36,559 nucleotides of DNA from a virus (lineage: Duplodnaviria; Caudoviricetes): the IMG/VR virus record IMGVR_UViG_3300042510_000426, positions 1 through 36,559 of that record; one strand, given 5' to 3'. Shown in pieces: positions 36,083 through 36,559 of this stretch (its first letter is position 1; each line of letters opens with the position of its first letter). The notes beneath the pieces were generated by a model. It did not search any database. It worked only from the letters and a program-made list of their open reading frames with translations, and had not been told where the DNA came from. The position numbers were made by a program, and so were the translations under genes.

Positions 36083-36532
36083 ATGACGAACGCCAAAAGT
36101 ATCAAGAGTGAGCGTAGCGCGCTCGCCTTAAACCTGCGGAATGCGCGGCTCGCGGCGGGCTTCAGCACCGTGTCGGACGCAGCGCGCCATATCGGCATCC
36201 CGGTGCCGACCGCCATCGCACACGAAGGCGCCAGTGCATCATTCCGCAAGCCCAAGTTGGAACAGCTGCGCCGCTACGCAACCGCCTACAACACGACGAT
36301 CGACGCGCTGGAGGGCGGCACCATCGTCGCGCCGCAGAAAAAGCCCGCGAAGAAATCAGTGGCCTATCAGCTGGTGGCGGTGGCGCTGCAGGGTGAGCTG
36401 GCGGATCAGCTTGTCACGCTGAAGGTGCCCGACAATTACAAGGTCGGCGACAAGCTGACAATCAAAGGCACTGTTTCCGGCGTCCTCCGCAAGGGGGGGG
36501 GGGGGGGGGGGGGGGGGTTGCATCGGCATTAA
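36083..36532 (+). CDS. Repressor-like XRE HTH protein; 3' end unreliable (poly-G)
   Basis: LRNARLAAGF.TVSDAARHIGIPVPT..AHE.....P..EQLRRYA; divergent from cro-like gene. Confidence 0.75.
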   Translation: MTNAKSIKSERSALALNLRNARLAAGFSTVSDAARHIGIPVPTAIAHEGASASFRKPKLEQLRRYATAYNTTIDALEGGTIVAPQKKPAKKSVAYQLVAVALQGELADQLVTLKVPDNYKVGDKLTIKGTVSGVLRKGGGGGGGGLHRH

Positions 36533-36559
36533 AAAACCTGTTGCAAATGTATTAAAACC

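Larger units (their letters stand above)
1..36559. mobile_element. Near-complete temperate podovirus-like phage genome, likely alphaproteobacterial host
   Basis: Full set of modules (terminase, portal, scaffold, capsid, tail, ejection, lysis, integrase, switch, replication), no host genes, 19-bp end overlap. Confidence 0.93.

Noticed and set aside
36493-36517. 25-nt poly-G run giving a poly-Gly tail on the repressor; possible phase-variation tract
   Set aside because: At the contig end and typical of two-colour sequencing or assembly artefacts; cannot be trusted without reads

Overview
The window looks like an essentially complete ~36.5 kb temperate, podovirus-like (P22-style portal, tail and ejection module) phage genome, probably in excised/circular form. 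The host is most likely an alphaproteobacterium, judging from the GapR/DUF2312 homolog, the RcGTA-like head-spike base protein and the integrase type. The two ends share a 19-bp overlap next to a probable poly-G artefact. The plus strand carries recombination/replication genes (RecE-like exonuclease, DnaA domain-IV protein, gp2.5-like SSB, GapR, primase-helicase, candidate ori). It continues with packaging genes with a serine-recombinase cassette between terS and terL, head genes interleaved with low-complexity and ADP-ribosyltransferase-like genes, a head-spike module, tail and ejection proteins, and lysis genes. After a candidate attP, the minus strand carries int, xis, a Dam-type methylase, a RuvC-like resolvase and a cro-like HTH, facing a divergent repressor-like HTH. 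The most interesting unexplained signals are four. (1) An ATGCA-N2-TGCAT palindrome family clustered in the genetic switch and dispersed genome-wide, including inside genes (stoperator-like). (2) A family of GUGA(N)-loop hairpins upstream of terL, scaffold, the post-capsid gene and ssb. (3) A shared GLL motif in disordered or toxin-like head-region proteins and a virion transglycosylase, a possible cargo-sorting signal. (4) DnaA boxes in the switch of a phage that encodes its own DnaA DNA-binding domain. All product calls come from motif recognition by eye; no database searches were run.
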